The translations under genes were made by a program, and so were the position numbers. DNA of 64,000 nt, taken from the NCBI GenBank assembly GCA_004524445.1, contig SDNP01000001.1:32001-96000 (forward strand), written 5' to 3'. The notes beneath the pieces are model-generated. The model saw only the letters and a list, made by a program, of their open reading frames with translations. It had not been told where the DNA came from and did no database searches. Within the stretch, counting starts at the first letter, position 1, and each line of letters opens with the position of its first letter. This DNA comes from Candidatus Thorarchaeota archaeon (GTDB lineage: Archaea; Asgardarchaeota; Thorarchaeia; Thorarchaeales; Thorarchaeaceae). Of the stretch, positions 1 through 9,296 are shown in pieces.

Positions 1-703
1 ATCTGTTATTGGCGTTGCATTGGTAGCTCCAGCAGCGGGATTACTTGGCTGGGGCGTGGGAGCAATTGATTGGCAGGTCATGCTTCAGATTTTTCTGGGA
101 TGGGTCGTTTCTCCAATTATTGGATTCCTTATTTCAGGAGTCTTTATCTCACTCATAAGAAACATTCTCCGCAAAGCACGAGGATTTACGGGGCGAGAGC
201 GTATCGAGCAGATTGCTGCATATGGCCTTGCCGTATTTCTCATAGTCACAGGGCTTAGTAGAGGTGGAAACGATGTAGCAAATGCAGTGGCTCCTATGGT
301 AAACCTCGAAGGATTCCAGACCACGTTCAATGTTGGCCCTATCTCGATTCCTGGGGCGCTCATACCTCTAATTGTTGGCGGCTTGGGGATGGGTTTAGGG
401 CTGATTGTGGTGGGCAGGAAGGTCATAAGAACTCTAGCAACAGAAGTTGTAACTCTGGAACCAACGACAGCTCTGGCAGCTAGCATTTCTGTATCTCTAG
501 TTATGTTCATCGGAACTCTCTTGGGCTTTCCTCTGAGCGGTACCCATGTGCTTGTGGCTGCTCTCATTGCGGTTGGATATGTTGCGAAAACGCCTGTGAA
601 GATGAAACAGGTTCGTGATATTCTGATTTCTTGGGTCGTGACTGTGCCAATCTCTGCCTTCTTGGGTGCTATGGTCTTTGCCGTGGTAATAATGGTATTC
701 TAA
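1..703 (+). CDS. Inorganic phosphate transporter, PiT family (5'-truncated by window edge)
   Basis: GGNDVANAVAP and GFPLSGTH signature motifs; multi-TM. Confidence 0.85.
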   Translation, partial: SVIGVALVAPAAGLLGWGVGAIDWQVMLQIFLGWVVSPIIGFLISGVFISLIRNILRKARGFTGRERIEQIAAYGLAVFLIVTGLSRGGNDVANAVAPMVNLEGFQTTFNVGPISIPGALIPLIVGGLGMGLGLIVVGRKVIRTLATEVVTLEPTTALAASISVSLVMFIGTLLGFPLSGTHVLVAALIAVGYVAKTPVKMKQVRDILISWVVTVPISAFLGAMVFAVVIMVF

Positions 704-1587
704 ATGGTTTCTTCATAGGCTTCAAAGAAATCCATGGGGCCTCTCTTGACTGTGGTACGGAGTCTATCCCGACCCAGTGTTTCATCAATGCTCCGACACA
801 TTTCAGTGCCCGCGATATACCAGAGTCGTTCGTTTCGACCACTCATTCTCTCAATAATTTCATAATCCTTATCTTCAATTTTTTTCTCATCTAGACTTTC
901 AATTTGCTCCAAGAGATTCCAGTATGTGGCGCATCTATCAGATGTCTTCTCTGGATGATTAAGTGTTGAATAGTCTTGGTGCGAGAACCCTTTCTCTTTG
1001 CGCCTCGTCGCAAGAGGAGCATACGTTGCCAATCCTTCTAGATGCGTCGAATATCGGACAATATCGAGGAAATCCTTCATTGTGTTAAGGGTTGAAAATG
1101 AGTATATTGGATTGTAGTGAGTGTATCCAACATGATGACTCTCATGCATTGCGAAGTACAGTAATTCCCGTTTATCTTTTTCATAATGTCTGGCGGCTAA
1201 GTTCAGGAATGCATCCCCCTTGGAAACAATACCGATATCGTAGCCGACTATCCCATGGATTTTGAAGTTTAGATTAATGTCGGAGGGCAAGAATTGAGCC
1301 ACCTCTCGAAGGAGCGCGCGCAGATGCTGCTCATTCTTCTCTAGGTACTGCAGAGATGATTCGATTCTTTCTCTCACTTGTGAGCCATTCTGGAATACAT
1401 CGTTAAGTATTGATTTCCAGAACGAGATGAGCTCTTGAGTCGTATTATTGAAACGTGTTGCATGATGATGGACAGCTATTGCGGCCTTATGGTCCATTAA
1501 TTCTGCAAGAAGTGTTTCGGATGACTCCTTTCCATATCTCAGAACCAATTCAATAAAACTTGCATCAAAGGAGCCTGAGAACACCAC
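700..1587 (-). CDS. Putative Zn-dependent protease (DUF5700/DUF2268-like)
   Basis: HESHH (HExxH) followed by LEGLATY. Confidence 0.6.
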   Translation of the reverse strand: MVFSGSFDASFIELVLRYGKESSETLLAELMDHKAAIAVHHHATRFNNTTQELISFWKSILNDVFQNGSQVRERIESSLQYLEKNEQHLRALLREVAQFLPSDINLNFKIHGIVGYDIGIVSKGDAFLNLAARHYEKDKRELLYFAMHESHHVGYTHYNPIYSFSTLNTMKDFLDIVRYSTHLEGLATYAPLATRRKEKGFSHQDYSTLNHPEKTSDRCATYWNLLEQIESLDEKKIEDKDYEIIERMSGRNERLWYIAGTEMCRSIDETLGRDRLRTTVKRGPMDFFEAYEETI

Positions 1588-1600
1588 GAATCAATTCGCC

Positions 1601-2356
1601 TCATCCTGCTATTACATTTCTACCTGCTTCAGGCTTCTTGTGGATAATAAGATACTCCTTAGCTTTGGCTCCCAGTGATTTAGCTTCCATCTCCGTCAGA
1701 TGTACTCTTTTCTCTGGGTCAGGGTGTCGTTCATAAGTGGCCTCGATTATGGCAACGTCCGCATCCTCCACCAATTTTTCAGCGCTATCACACATCCTGG
1801 TATCACCTGTATATGAAACAACCGTTTGTCCTATCCCCACTCTGTATCCTACAGCTGGCATGAGAACTTCTCTATCAGATTGGTTCTCCATTCCATAATG
1901 TTCTACAGATAGTGATTTCAACTTGAAGAAATCGGTATCAAATCCTGAGTTGTGCTGCAAGCGAAAAATCCGAATTTGAAATGGGAGTGTTTCCGAGTAA
2001 GACTCCTTGAATGCACTCACTAGGTTGGACACCTCGTCGCATCCATTGGGAATGAGAATACGGAGAGGTTTCTTGCGACCCAACATTCTCAGGAAACCAA
2101 GAAGAGTCCATAGTCCTCCCATGTGATCAAAATGTCCGTGAGTGATGGCAATCAGATCTATCTCTGTTACGAAGTCTAATTCCCCTATTTCAACCAAATC
2201 CCGCACTGCGCCATCCCCTACATCAATGAGCAAAATCTTTCCCGTGAACTTAGATGTAACCACTATAGTAGTACCAATTCCAGCAGTGCTGTATGGAATA
2301 TCGACTGAAACTTCATCATTTTCCCAGCTAGCAGAATATTTCGTCATTGTTGGCAT
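1601..2356 (-). CDS. Metallo-beta-lactamase fold hydrolase (RNase Z-like)
   Basis: LIDVGDG, THGHFDHMGG, YTGDT, EAT, HL motifs; start refined to ATG 2356. Confidence 0.8.
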   Translation of the reverse strand: MPTMTKYSASWENDEVSVDIPYSTAGIGTTIVVTSKFTGKILLIDVGDGAVRDLVEIGELDFVTEIDLIAITHGHFDHMGGLWTLLGFLRMLGRKKPLRILIPNGCDEVSNLVSAFKESYSETLPFQIRIFRLQHNSGFDTDFFKLKSLSVEHYGMENQSDREVLMPAVGYRVGIGQTVVSYTGDTRMCDSAEKLVEDADVAIIEATYERHPDPEKRVHLTEMEAKSLGAKAKEYLIIHKKPEAGRNVIAG

Positions 2357-2487
2357 AGTTATCACATTATCCAGCAGGTACAATCCAATTCTTTCTGGAA
2401 TTGATTATGTTGCAACTGGACAGCAGGCAACAAAAACATGTCGTATCAAATGAACGGATCCTTGAAGAAAGTCATTTAATGAGAAGT

Positions 2488-2506
2488 GGCCCTCCCAAGG
2501 AGGGCC
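2488..2506 (-). terminator. GC-rich hairpin downstream of 2545..3678
   Basis: GGCCCTCC-CAA-GGAGGGCC perfect 8-bp stem. Confidence 0.45.
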
Positions 2507-2544
2507 CATTCCATCCGAATCGTTTTCTTACTGATTCCTTTTCA

Positions 2545-3678
2545 TTAGCCGCTGCCAAGTTCGGGAATTCGCGATAGCCAATTCATGAAGTAGGCGAAGA
2601 GAACTGATACTACAAGACCTGCTGTGGTAAGCAGAAGCATGTCAATTAGGCTGGGTGTTGCTCCGTAAAACAGCTGTTGCCAGCTGTAGTACATGGCTGA
2701 AAGAGTCATTCCCGCAAATGCCACCTTCATTAGTGGGACCTTCATGCTTTTGGTATGAAATATTCCCAGTGTAGTTAGGGCTGCTGCGAGAGCACCCGCC
2801 TTGTCCGGTCTGAGGCCGACTCGTTTTGCAAATTTTCCAACAGGCACTTTTGATTTTGGCGGCACTGCTCTCAATGCTTTTGGAGCATACTCTGCAATCT
2901 CATCCGAAAAGTCCGTGGCGGCGTTTCTTGTTCGTCTAATTAGTTCCTCTTTGCTAATCTTCTCCGCCTCACTCTTCTTGGGACTACGTCTAAGAACCAG
3001 CTCTTTCGGAAATATACCTACGTCCGACGCAGATTTTGCTCCTCTAACTTTCCTAGCAGACAGAATCGCTCCTTGAAAATTATCCAGTGAAAGAAGCAGA
3101 CTAAATACTCCCATTACTGTAAAGCCGACTGTCAATAATCCATTAAGTGAGGTCACTGCTGCCACGCCTTGCGGCCCAACTCTCAAAACGAAGTTTTCTT
3201 CTACTTGTGCATGCTCGTCAGGACTGGTGAGAAGCGAGTAATTGAATGTGAAAGTGCCAACTATTGACCCCGAAAAAAGATCTATTCCTTGCGGTCCGGA
3301 CAATGAACTCAAGTCCATTGATTCATTGAGTACAGGCACCGTTATGCCCGCTGGAACTATCTGGTCAATATCAAAAGACTGACCAAAGATAGGAATTCCA
3401 AGATATTCCATAGAGAAGGCACCTGAATGCAGGGTCATATTATTTTGAACATCAAGGGTCAATTCCAGGTCGATTGGAGTCGAAATATTAACTGGAATTG
3501 GGTTCGATGAATTTGAGTATGCTGCGGAAATGTCATTTACCTTAAGCAGAAAGGCGAGATTTTCGTCACCACTCCAACCCGGGGGCTGTGCATTTGCAGG
3601 CATTAACACCATTGACCAGAATAATACAGACATAGTCAAGATTAGTAGCTTGTGTGATATCTTCTTCTTCACGTTCAT
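2545..3678 (-). CDS. Membrane protein: signal peptide, beta-rich extracellular domain, TM, basic cytoplasmic wHTH-like domain, 2 TM
   Basis: Hydrophobic N-terminus; TM near aa 175-197; PVGKFAKRVGLRPDKAGALAAALTTLGIF. Confidence 0.65.
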   Translation of the reverse strand: MNVKKKISHKLLILTMSVLFWSMVLMPANAQPPGWSGDENLAFLLKVNDISAAYSNSSNPIPVNISTPIDLELTLDVQNNMTLHSGAFSMEYLGIPIFGQSFDIDQIVPAGITVPVLNESMDLSSLSGPQGIDLFSGSIVGTFTFNYSLLTSPDEHAQVEENFVLRVGPQGVAAVTSLNGLLTVGFTVMGVFSLLLSLDNFQGAILSARKVRGAKSASDVGIFPKELVLRRSPKKSEAEKISKEELIRRTRNAATDFSDEIAEYAPKALRAVPPKSKVPVGKFAKRVGLRPDKAGALAAALTTLGIFHTKSMKVPLMKVAFAGMTLSAMYYSWQQLFYGATPSLIDMLLLTTAGLVVSVLFAYFMNWLSRIPELGSG

Positions 3679-3751
3679 TGCCTCCTAGTTTTTGCAGGTT
3701 TTTACATATGCATGCAGCCCTTTAATTTCCATCTCGTCTGTTAACATGGGC

Positions 3752-4135
3752 TTATTCCTCATCACCTAATGCCTTCTTTATTTCTCGGTCGAAATCCTCG
3801 TCATTCTCTGGAGTAAAAATGATTGCTCGCTTTGGGATTTCTTCCGAATGCGTCCTCCAGTTTATCACCATGCCCAAAATTCCACCCCCTAAGAATGAGA
3901 GGATTGAAAGAATCACTAAATTCCAATCTACCGAAAGAGAGAGTGCGAATGACGCTGCAAGTATATAGCCTCCAACAATGGAGATGATTGGCATAGCAGT
4001 CATTTTCAAGATCTGACTGACTTCGGTCAATCCTCCCAAAGCGTACCCAGATCCTAATCCTATGAATAATGGAATCGACCAGAATTGAATTATTTGAATA
4101 TCAAATATTCCCTGCATAACTGCGACCTCTACCAA
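3752..4135 (-). CDS. Hypothetical 3-TM membrane protein with acidic tail
   Basis: Three hydrophobic segments; co-oriented with neighbours. Confidence 0.65.
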   Translation of the reverse strand: MVEVAVMQGIFDIQIIQFWSIPLFIGLGSGYALGGLTEVSQILKMTAMPIISIVGGYILAASFALSLSVDWNLVILSILSFLGGGILGMVINWRTHSEEIPKRAIIFTPENDEDFDREIKKALGDEE

Positions 4136-4179
4136 GTTAGCTCGTCTCGGGGACCAAGCTCTCTATCTGTTTGTTGGCA

Positions 4180-4728
4180 CTACCAGCCATCTCTATGGAC
4201 AATATCAGTGAATGCTTTGCGGGTTCTTGGCTTTCTCTCCTTTTCTTTGGTTCTTTCGTCCAATTTGTCGAAATCTCCCTCATATCCAATGAATATGACT
4301 GTGGCGATTCTATATTCATCAGGAATATTCAACATGTCTCTGAGAATTTGCTCATCCCATCCGGCTGTTGGATGTGCAAGCAATCCTAGATGGACAGCCT
4401 GCAACAAAATATTCTCCGTGGCCAATCCAACATCCATCATGTAATAGGGAAGTCCGTGTGATGTACAGCCCCCGCTTTGCTCAGTAACAACAAGCACCAT
4501 TACGGGTGCTCGTTTACCCCATGCATTTCCTCTGCTAAGTCCTTCATGTGCTTTACTCAGTGTTTCTTTATCTGTCAACACTACAAATTCCCAAGCCTGT
4601 GTATTTGAACAAGAGGGAGCCCATCTTCCCGCTTCAAGGATTGAGTCAATCATCTCTTCTGTGACAGGCTCATCTGAAAACGCTCGTCCACTCTTTCTAT
4701 TCTTTATCTCTTCTAACAGTTGCACCAT
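4180..4728 (-). CDS. Nitroreductase family protein
   Basis: RKSGRAF, AGRWAPSCSNTQAW, ENILLQAVHLGL motifs. Confidence 0.9.
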   Translation of the reverse strand: MVQLLEEIKNRKSGRAFSDEPVTEEMIDSILEAGRWAPSCSNTQAWEFVVLTDKETLSKAHEGLSRGNAWGKRAPVMVLVVTEQSGGCTSHGLPYYMMDVGLATENILLQAVHLGLLAHPTAGWDEQILRDMLNIPDEYRIATVIFIGYEGDFDKLDERTKEKERKPRTRKAFTDIVHRDGW

Positions 4729-4764
4729 TAAATCTCACCCCTACAAATGAGCTGACAGCCTAAA

Positions 4765-4932
4765 TCAGCTTCTAATTTTCATAGATTGCCCGCAATGTTC
4801 TGGTATTGGCTGATGGCCACAGGCTGAGCCCATCCAGCATACTAATTGATCATCTTCTTTATGCATTTCCTTTCCACAATGGACTGGAACTGACACTTCT
4901 TCTCCACAAATCTCGCACACAAGTTTTCCCAT
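4765..4932 (-). CDS. 55-aa tandem Cys/His metal-binding protein (desulforedoxin/Zn-ribbon-like); not in ORF track
   Basis: Manual translation MGKLVCEICGEEVSVPVHCGKEMHKEDDQLVCWMGSACGHQPIPEHCGQSMKIRS; GGTGA RBS upstream; internal repeat. Confidence 0.75.
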   Translation of the reverse strand: MGKLVCEICGEEVSVPVHCGKEMHKEDDQLVCWMGSACGHQPIPEHCGQSMKIRS

Positions 4933-5035
4933 TCATTTTCACCTTTAACTGAAAACAGCTTTTATGAGAGATAAATATTAACAATATTTAACCTTTGTTG
5001 AATGGAAACGGGTTGCCACTCGGTTTTACCCCACA

Positions 5036-6295
5036 CTAATCCGGCATGTATTTATCCGCTGGTTCAGTATACACCTTTTCCTCTGTCTTATGTGCTCCGG
5101 GCGTATCCAGTTCTATATCACGTTTAAGCGACTTGTCTTCATCTAGGATCTCATTGAAAACTTCATTTTGAATTATGAGTCGTTGTACTTCGTTGCTTCC
5201 AGTCCAGATTGATGCTAATCGGGCGTCACGATATAGCCTTTCAATTGGGTAAACATCCGTATATCCAATTCCGCCGAGTATTTGCATTGCTTCATGTACC
5301 GCCTTGAATCCCGCCTCTGTTGCATATGCCTTGGCCATTGAAACTTCTTTCCTGCACCACTTCCCTGTATCTGCGGCCTTAGCAGCTCTGTAAACAAGTC
5401 CCCTAGCTGCATCTAACTCGGTGGCACAATCTGCTACCTTGAAGCTGATTCCCTCAAATCTGCGGATTGGCCTCCCGAAGGCTTCTCTCTTATTTGAGTA
5501 TCGTACTGCGATTTCTAGGGCAGCCCTACCCATACCAATCGGCCCTGCAGCGGAAGTAATCCGCTCTGGGACCATCATAGCATTGAAGATGTCTGTTCCA
5601 CCATTGATTTCTCCAACCAGATTCTCTTCAGGAATCTCCGTATTTTCCATAACAATACGGGCCGCGCCCATTCCCCTGCAACCCATTAGCTCATATTCTT
5701 CCTCAACATCAACCCCGGCGTCTCGGTCGACAAGAAATGCACTAAGTGATTTATGGGGTGGCGCGTCGAAGTCAGTCTTGGCGTATACGATGAAATAATC
5801 GGCTCCAACTCCTCCCGCCACAAACCGCTTTTCTCCATTCAAAATATAGTTATCATCGCGGTGCACCGCAACAGTAATCGTTCCGAAGAAATCGGACCCA
5901 CCACGGGGTTCAGTCAGTCCCTCACCACATATCTTCTCACCAGAAAGGGTTGGTTTCAGATACTCCTTCTTTTGGTATTCAGAACCAAACTTGTCAATAG
6001 CCTCCCCCACAATGCTTGGGAGAGAATATGCACAGCCCAAAGCTATGCCGAGGACACCAACTTCCTCAAGGGCAATAATCTCTGAAACCCAATCGAGCTC
6101 TCTTCCACCGTATTCTTTTGGGAATCTCAAGCCTAGCAGATCAGCTTCTGCTGCTGCTTTGATGAATTCATATGGGTATTCCTTCTCCTTTGAGTCCATC
6201 GCAATCAATAGATCTGGGTCCACTTTGTCACGAACAAAAAATCTCACTTCGTCACGGAGCTTTTTCTCAGCTTCTGTAAGCAAAACATCAAACAT
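5036..6295 (-). CDS. Acyl-CoA dehydrogenase
   Basis: GLTEPRGGSD, LNGEKRF, REAFGRPI, QILGGIGY, IWTGSNEVQR. Confidence 0.93.
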   Translation of the reverse strand: MFDVLLTEAEKKLRDEVRFFVRDKVDPDLLIAMDSKEKEYPYEFIKAAAEADLLGLRFPKEYGGRELDWVSEIIALEEVGVLGIALGCAYSLPSIVGEAIDKFGSEYQKKEYLKPTLSGEKICGEGLTEPRGGSDFFGTITVAVHRDDNYILNGEKRFVAGGVGADYFIVYAKTDFDAPPHKSLSAFLVDRDAGVDVEEEYELMGCRGMGAARIVMENTEIPEENLVGEINGGTDIFNAMMVPERITSAAGPIGMGRAALEIAVRYSNKREAFGRPIRRFEGISFKVADCATELDAARGLVYRAAKAADTGKWCRKEVSMAKAYATEAGFKAVHEAMQILGGIGYTDVYPIERLYRDARLASIWTGSNEVQRLIIQNEVFNEILDEDKSLKRDIELDTPGAHKTEEKVYTEPADKYMPD

Positions 6296-6317
6296 TATCC
6301 GAACCTCGCTGGTATTT

Positions 6318-6659
6318 CTATGAAGAACCCCGTAATAAAGAGTCTAGGGTTTCTTGAGATCCTCCCTCTTGTATCACGGAAATGGCATCGGTGGGACAAA
6401 CCAACTCACATGCATTGCACAAAATACAATTCCTCTCATTTTCTGGAATTGCAATGATGTTTGCATCTTCTTCGGCCATTATAAAAACATCCGTTGGACA
6501 TGCCTCAATGCACTTCATGCACCCAATACAAGAAGAACCGTGAACTCCTACTCGAGTTCCATATATTTTGCCTTCTGACGCATCACTAGTCCAGACCTGA
6601 AGGCCTCTTATGACACCACTGGCACTCCAATTCGTGCGATATGATTTATCGATTGCCAC
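6318..6659 (-). CDS. 2x[4Fe-4S] ferredoxin with Zfx-like N-terminal extension
   Basis: CIGCMKCIEACP and CILCNACELVCP. Confidence 0.88.
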   Translation of the reverse strand: MAIDKSYRTNWSASGVIRGLQVWTSDASEGKIYGTRVGVHGSSCIGCMKCIEACPTDVFIMAEEDANIIAIPENERNCILCNACELVCPTDAISVIQEGGSQETLDSLLRGSS

Positions 6660-6745
6660 AGTCTGCTATTTTTCTAGCCCCTCTTATATCGTCTGTCTCA
6701 GGTTTCACTACACTAGCTATCTTCATGAAAACCTGCAATTGACAG

Positions 6746-7171
6746 TTACATATCGCCGAGTCGATTTTCGCCTTCAATTGATTTGAAGGGTGTTATGTTC
6801 ATCGATGCCTCTAAAGTCCCGAGATAATTTCCATCGCCATCCCTTATTGCATAATATCGTATGAGAATTTTCCTGGGATTACCATTTTCGGGCATATCAA
6901 TCCAAAAATCAATATGATCTCGTTCGCCACTTTTCAATAACGAGATGACCTCGTTTACCTTGTCAATGCTCTCTTTTGGGTGACACATTTGCACACTTCT
7001 ACCAATGACTCCAGGGCCTCGTGGAAACAAACGTTCTCCATGTTTGTTCCAGTAGAGAACTTCGTCATCTGCATCAATAACTGAGAATTCAACCGGTAGA
7101 GTATCATGAATATGTGCGAGTAATTCTATATCCATAGAACCAAGTGCATCTAGTAATGGCTTTATCAACAT
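6746..7171 (-). CDS. Stand-alone PAS domain protein (PAS_10 / DUF438 C-terminal type)
   Basis: DTLPVEFSVIDADD, RLFPRGPGVIGRSVQMCHPKES, YYAIRDGDGNYLGTLE. Confidence 0.8.
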   Translation of the reverse strand: MLIKPLLDALGSMDIELLAHIHDTLPVEFSVIDADDEVLYWNKHGERLFPRGPGVIGRSVQMCHPKESIDKVNEVISLLKSGERDHIDFWIDMPENGNPRKILIRYYAIRDGDGNYLGTLEASMNITPFKSIEGENRLGDM

Positions 7172-7294
7172 ATTTTCGCCTCAATATCCTCTAGGAATCA
7201 ACCCATAAATAAAGCAGATGGAAGCATCATTTCTGATGGTTTTGATTTTTCTCTGTCAGAGATGGTTTATACTGGGAGATACATGGCTACCATA

Positions 7295-7353
7295 ATGAGG
7301 GGAACCCCTGGAAGGGGCAACGATAATCCTTCCGAATGGACAATGGTTCTCAT
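7295..7353 (+). ncRNA. Candidate ~60-nt structured small RNA
   Basis: TTTATA at 7266-7271; terminal pairing ATGAG..GAACC / GGTTCTCAT; inner GGAAGG/CCTTCC stem. Confidence 0.3.
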
Positions 7354-7382
7354 CTCTATCTGCATGAACTCAGAACTCGGTT

Positions 7383-8765
7383 TCATTTGATATTGAGAGC
7401 TGCTCTTCTGACAATTTTGGAAAGAGAGGGGTGAATGTAAATCGAATCTCTCAGTGTCTGATAATTATTGTTGCCGCTGTATATGACATTGATAATTGAC
7501 TGCATGAGGATTGAAGCATGAGGTCCTATTATCGTGGCTCCCAGTATCCTATCGGTTCTCCTATCGACGATAATCCTACAGAATCCTTTAGGCTTCCCCA
7601 TTGCCTCTCCCATCACCACATGGGCGTATTCTTCTGTTCCGATGGCAAGCTCGTCATATTTCCCTTGAGCCTCCCTCAAAGTCATTCCAACTCTTGCTAC
7701 CTCTGGCTTGGTGAATAGTGCAAGAGGGATTGAGGAATAGTCCATTGCAATCAAATCACTCCTGCTCTCCAGAACTCTCTTAATATTCATCCATGCAATC
7801 CGGTTTTCTTCATCTGCAACATGCTTGAACATTGGATTCCCTGTTGCATCGCCAGTTGCCCAAATACGTTCCTTTGATGTTCGCATATACTCATCAACGA
7901 TAATGAACCCGTTGTCATTCGTTTTCACTCCAGTTTTCTCTGGTTGGGTGATGTCGGAACTCGGAGTTCTTCCCGTTGCTATCAGGATTGTATCACCCAT
8001 TAATTCTATTTCATCATTAGTTTCCATATCTCTGGCAATGACCTTCTTTGTTTCTCCATTGTGCAGTAGTTGCTTGGCTTCAAAGCCAGTGTATATCTGC
8101 ACTCGTTTTGACAACTCATTCTTGAGAAGCTGACATACATCACGGTCCTCACTCTTGATAAGGTGAGGGCTTCGTCCGATGATAGTCACATCAGTACCGA
8201 TTGCTGAGAAGAAATGTGCATATTCCACACCGATGTATCCCCCTCCAATGATGATTAGTTTGTTAGGCTGCTGCTTCAATTCAAGTAGAGTCCGATTTGT
8301 GAGGTAATCGACTTCCTCTATTCCATCAATTGGTGGTATTGACGGTCTTGCGCCGGTTGCGATGACTATCTGATCTGCTGTTAGAATTTCATCATTTACT
8401 TCCAGCTGATAATCATCAATAAAGACGCCTCTTCCTTCATAAAGGTCATAGCCCTCCTTTTCCCTGATACTATTCGTCTTAGCGGTGACAACTCTCTGAC
8501 GTCTGGCACGTATCCTTTCCATGAGTTGAGAGAAACGTACCTCTTGCAGACTCAACGATATATCTATTCTCTCGGCCTTTTGGGCATCCCGAATAACATC
8601 TGCTGGATGGATAAGCATCTTGCTTGGAACGCAACCCTCATTCACGCAGGTACCTAGGAGCGCGTCTTTCTCTATCAGGGCAGTATCAAGCCCGTTTTCG
8701 TGAGCCTTCTCTGCGATTTTATTGGCTGCTCCTCCTCCGACAACTAGAAGGTCATATTCTTTCAT
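7383..8765 (-). CDS. Class I pyridine nucleotide-disulfide oxidoreductase (dihydrolipoamide dehydrogenase / mycothione reductase-like)
   Basis: GTCVNEGCVPSK, IIGGGYIGVE, WATGD, HPSLSK. Confidence 0.88.
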   Translation of the reverse strand: MKEYDLLVVGGGAANKIAEKAHENGLDTALIEKDALLGTCVNEGCVPSKMLIHPADVIRDAQKAERIDISLSLQEVRFSQLMERIRARRQRVVTAKTNSIREKEGYDLYEGRGVFIDDYQLEVNDEILTADQIVIATGARPSIPPIDGIEEVDYLTNRTLLELKQQPNKLIIIGGGYIGVEYAHFFSAIGTDVTIIGRSPHLIKSEDRDVCQLLKNELSKRVQIYTGFEAKQLLHNGETKKVIARDMETNDEIELMGDTILIATGRTPSSDITQPEKTGVKTNDNGFIIVDEYMRTSKERIWATGDATGNPMFKHVADEENRIAWMNIKRVLESRSDLIAMDYSSIPLALFTKPEVARVGMTLREAQGKYDELAIGTEEYAHVVMGEAMGKPKGFCRIIVDRRTDRILGATIIGPHASILMQSIINVIYSGNNNYQTLRDSIYIHPSLSKIVRRAALNIK

Positions 8766-9004
8766 GGCAATTTTGAATGGTACCTACATGAGATAAAAAC
8801 CTGGGCTTGACACCAACAGAGGAATCTCTCTTCTTTACTGGCAGATATGAGGCCATTTGGGAACAAAATTCGATATTCTCCAGCTAATACGATATTTCTT
8901 AGCTTCATGCCCTTAAGTTGTTGAGTGCTGATTGCTATCTGAGTCCTTTGACTTTCACAACATCAACCAATCCAAAGAAACTCTCTGAACGCCAAATCAG
9001 AGAG

Positions 9005-9163
9005 ATGATTCATTGGTGTCCCGTCTGTGGGGCCTCTTGGAAAAAAGGGTCTCTCAAATGTAATAATGACCACTGTGGAGTTAAAATGAGGATTGAACCA
9101 CGTGCTTTGAATTGGTGGCTGTTCTATCCGTCCTGCAACGGTTGGGCTAAGCTGAAGGAATAG
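9005..9163 (+). CDS. Small Zn-ribbon protein (52 aa from ATG 9005)
   Basis: WCPVCG...CNNDHCG four-Cys pattern. Confidence 0.45.
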   Translation: MIHWCPVCGASWKKGSLKCNNDHCGVKMRIEPRALNWWLFYPSCNGWAKLKE

Positions 9164-9296
9164 ATAGGAAAAAGCACCATCAAGATATGCGTGCGAATGA
9201 AGAGCCGTAAAAAGCGAATTCTTAAGAGCCACAACTTCATTTCGCTAATCATTGATGTGTAATGGTCCCTATTCATAAAGGGGGAAATGCTGAGTC

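Noticed and set aside
7295-7385. SECIS element or Sec read-through of the flavin-disulfide reductase TGA stop
   Set aside because: Read-through adds only a few residues with no redox motif, and the ATGA..GA region lacks a SECIS helix and is on the opposite strand.
9161-9262. Pyrrolysine read-through of TAG in the small Zn-ribbon ORF (also TAG at 34023)
   Set aside because: The extensions have no recognisable motif, and no pyl genes are in the window.
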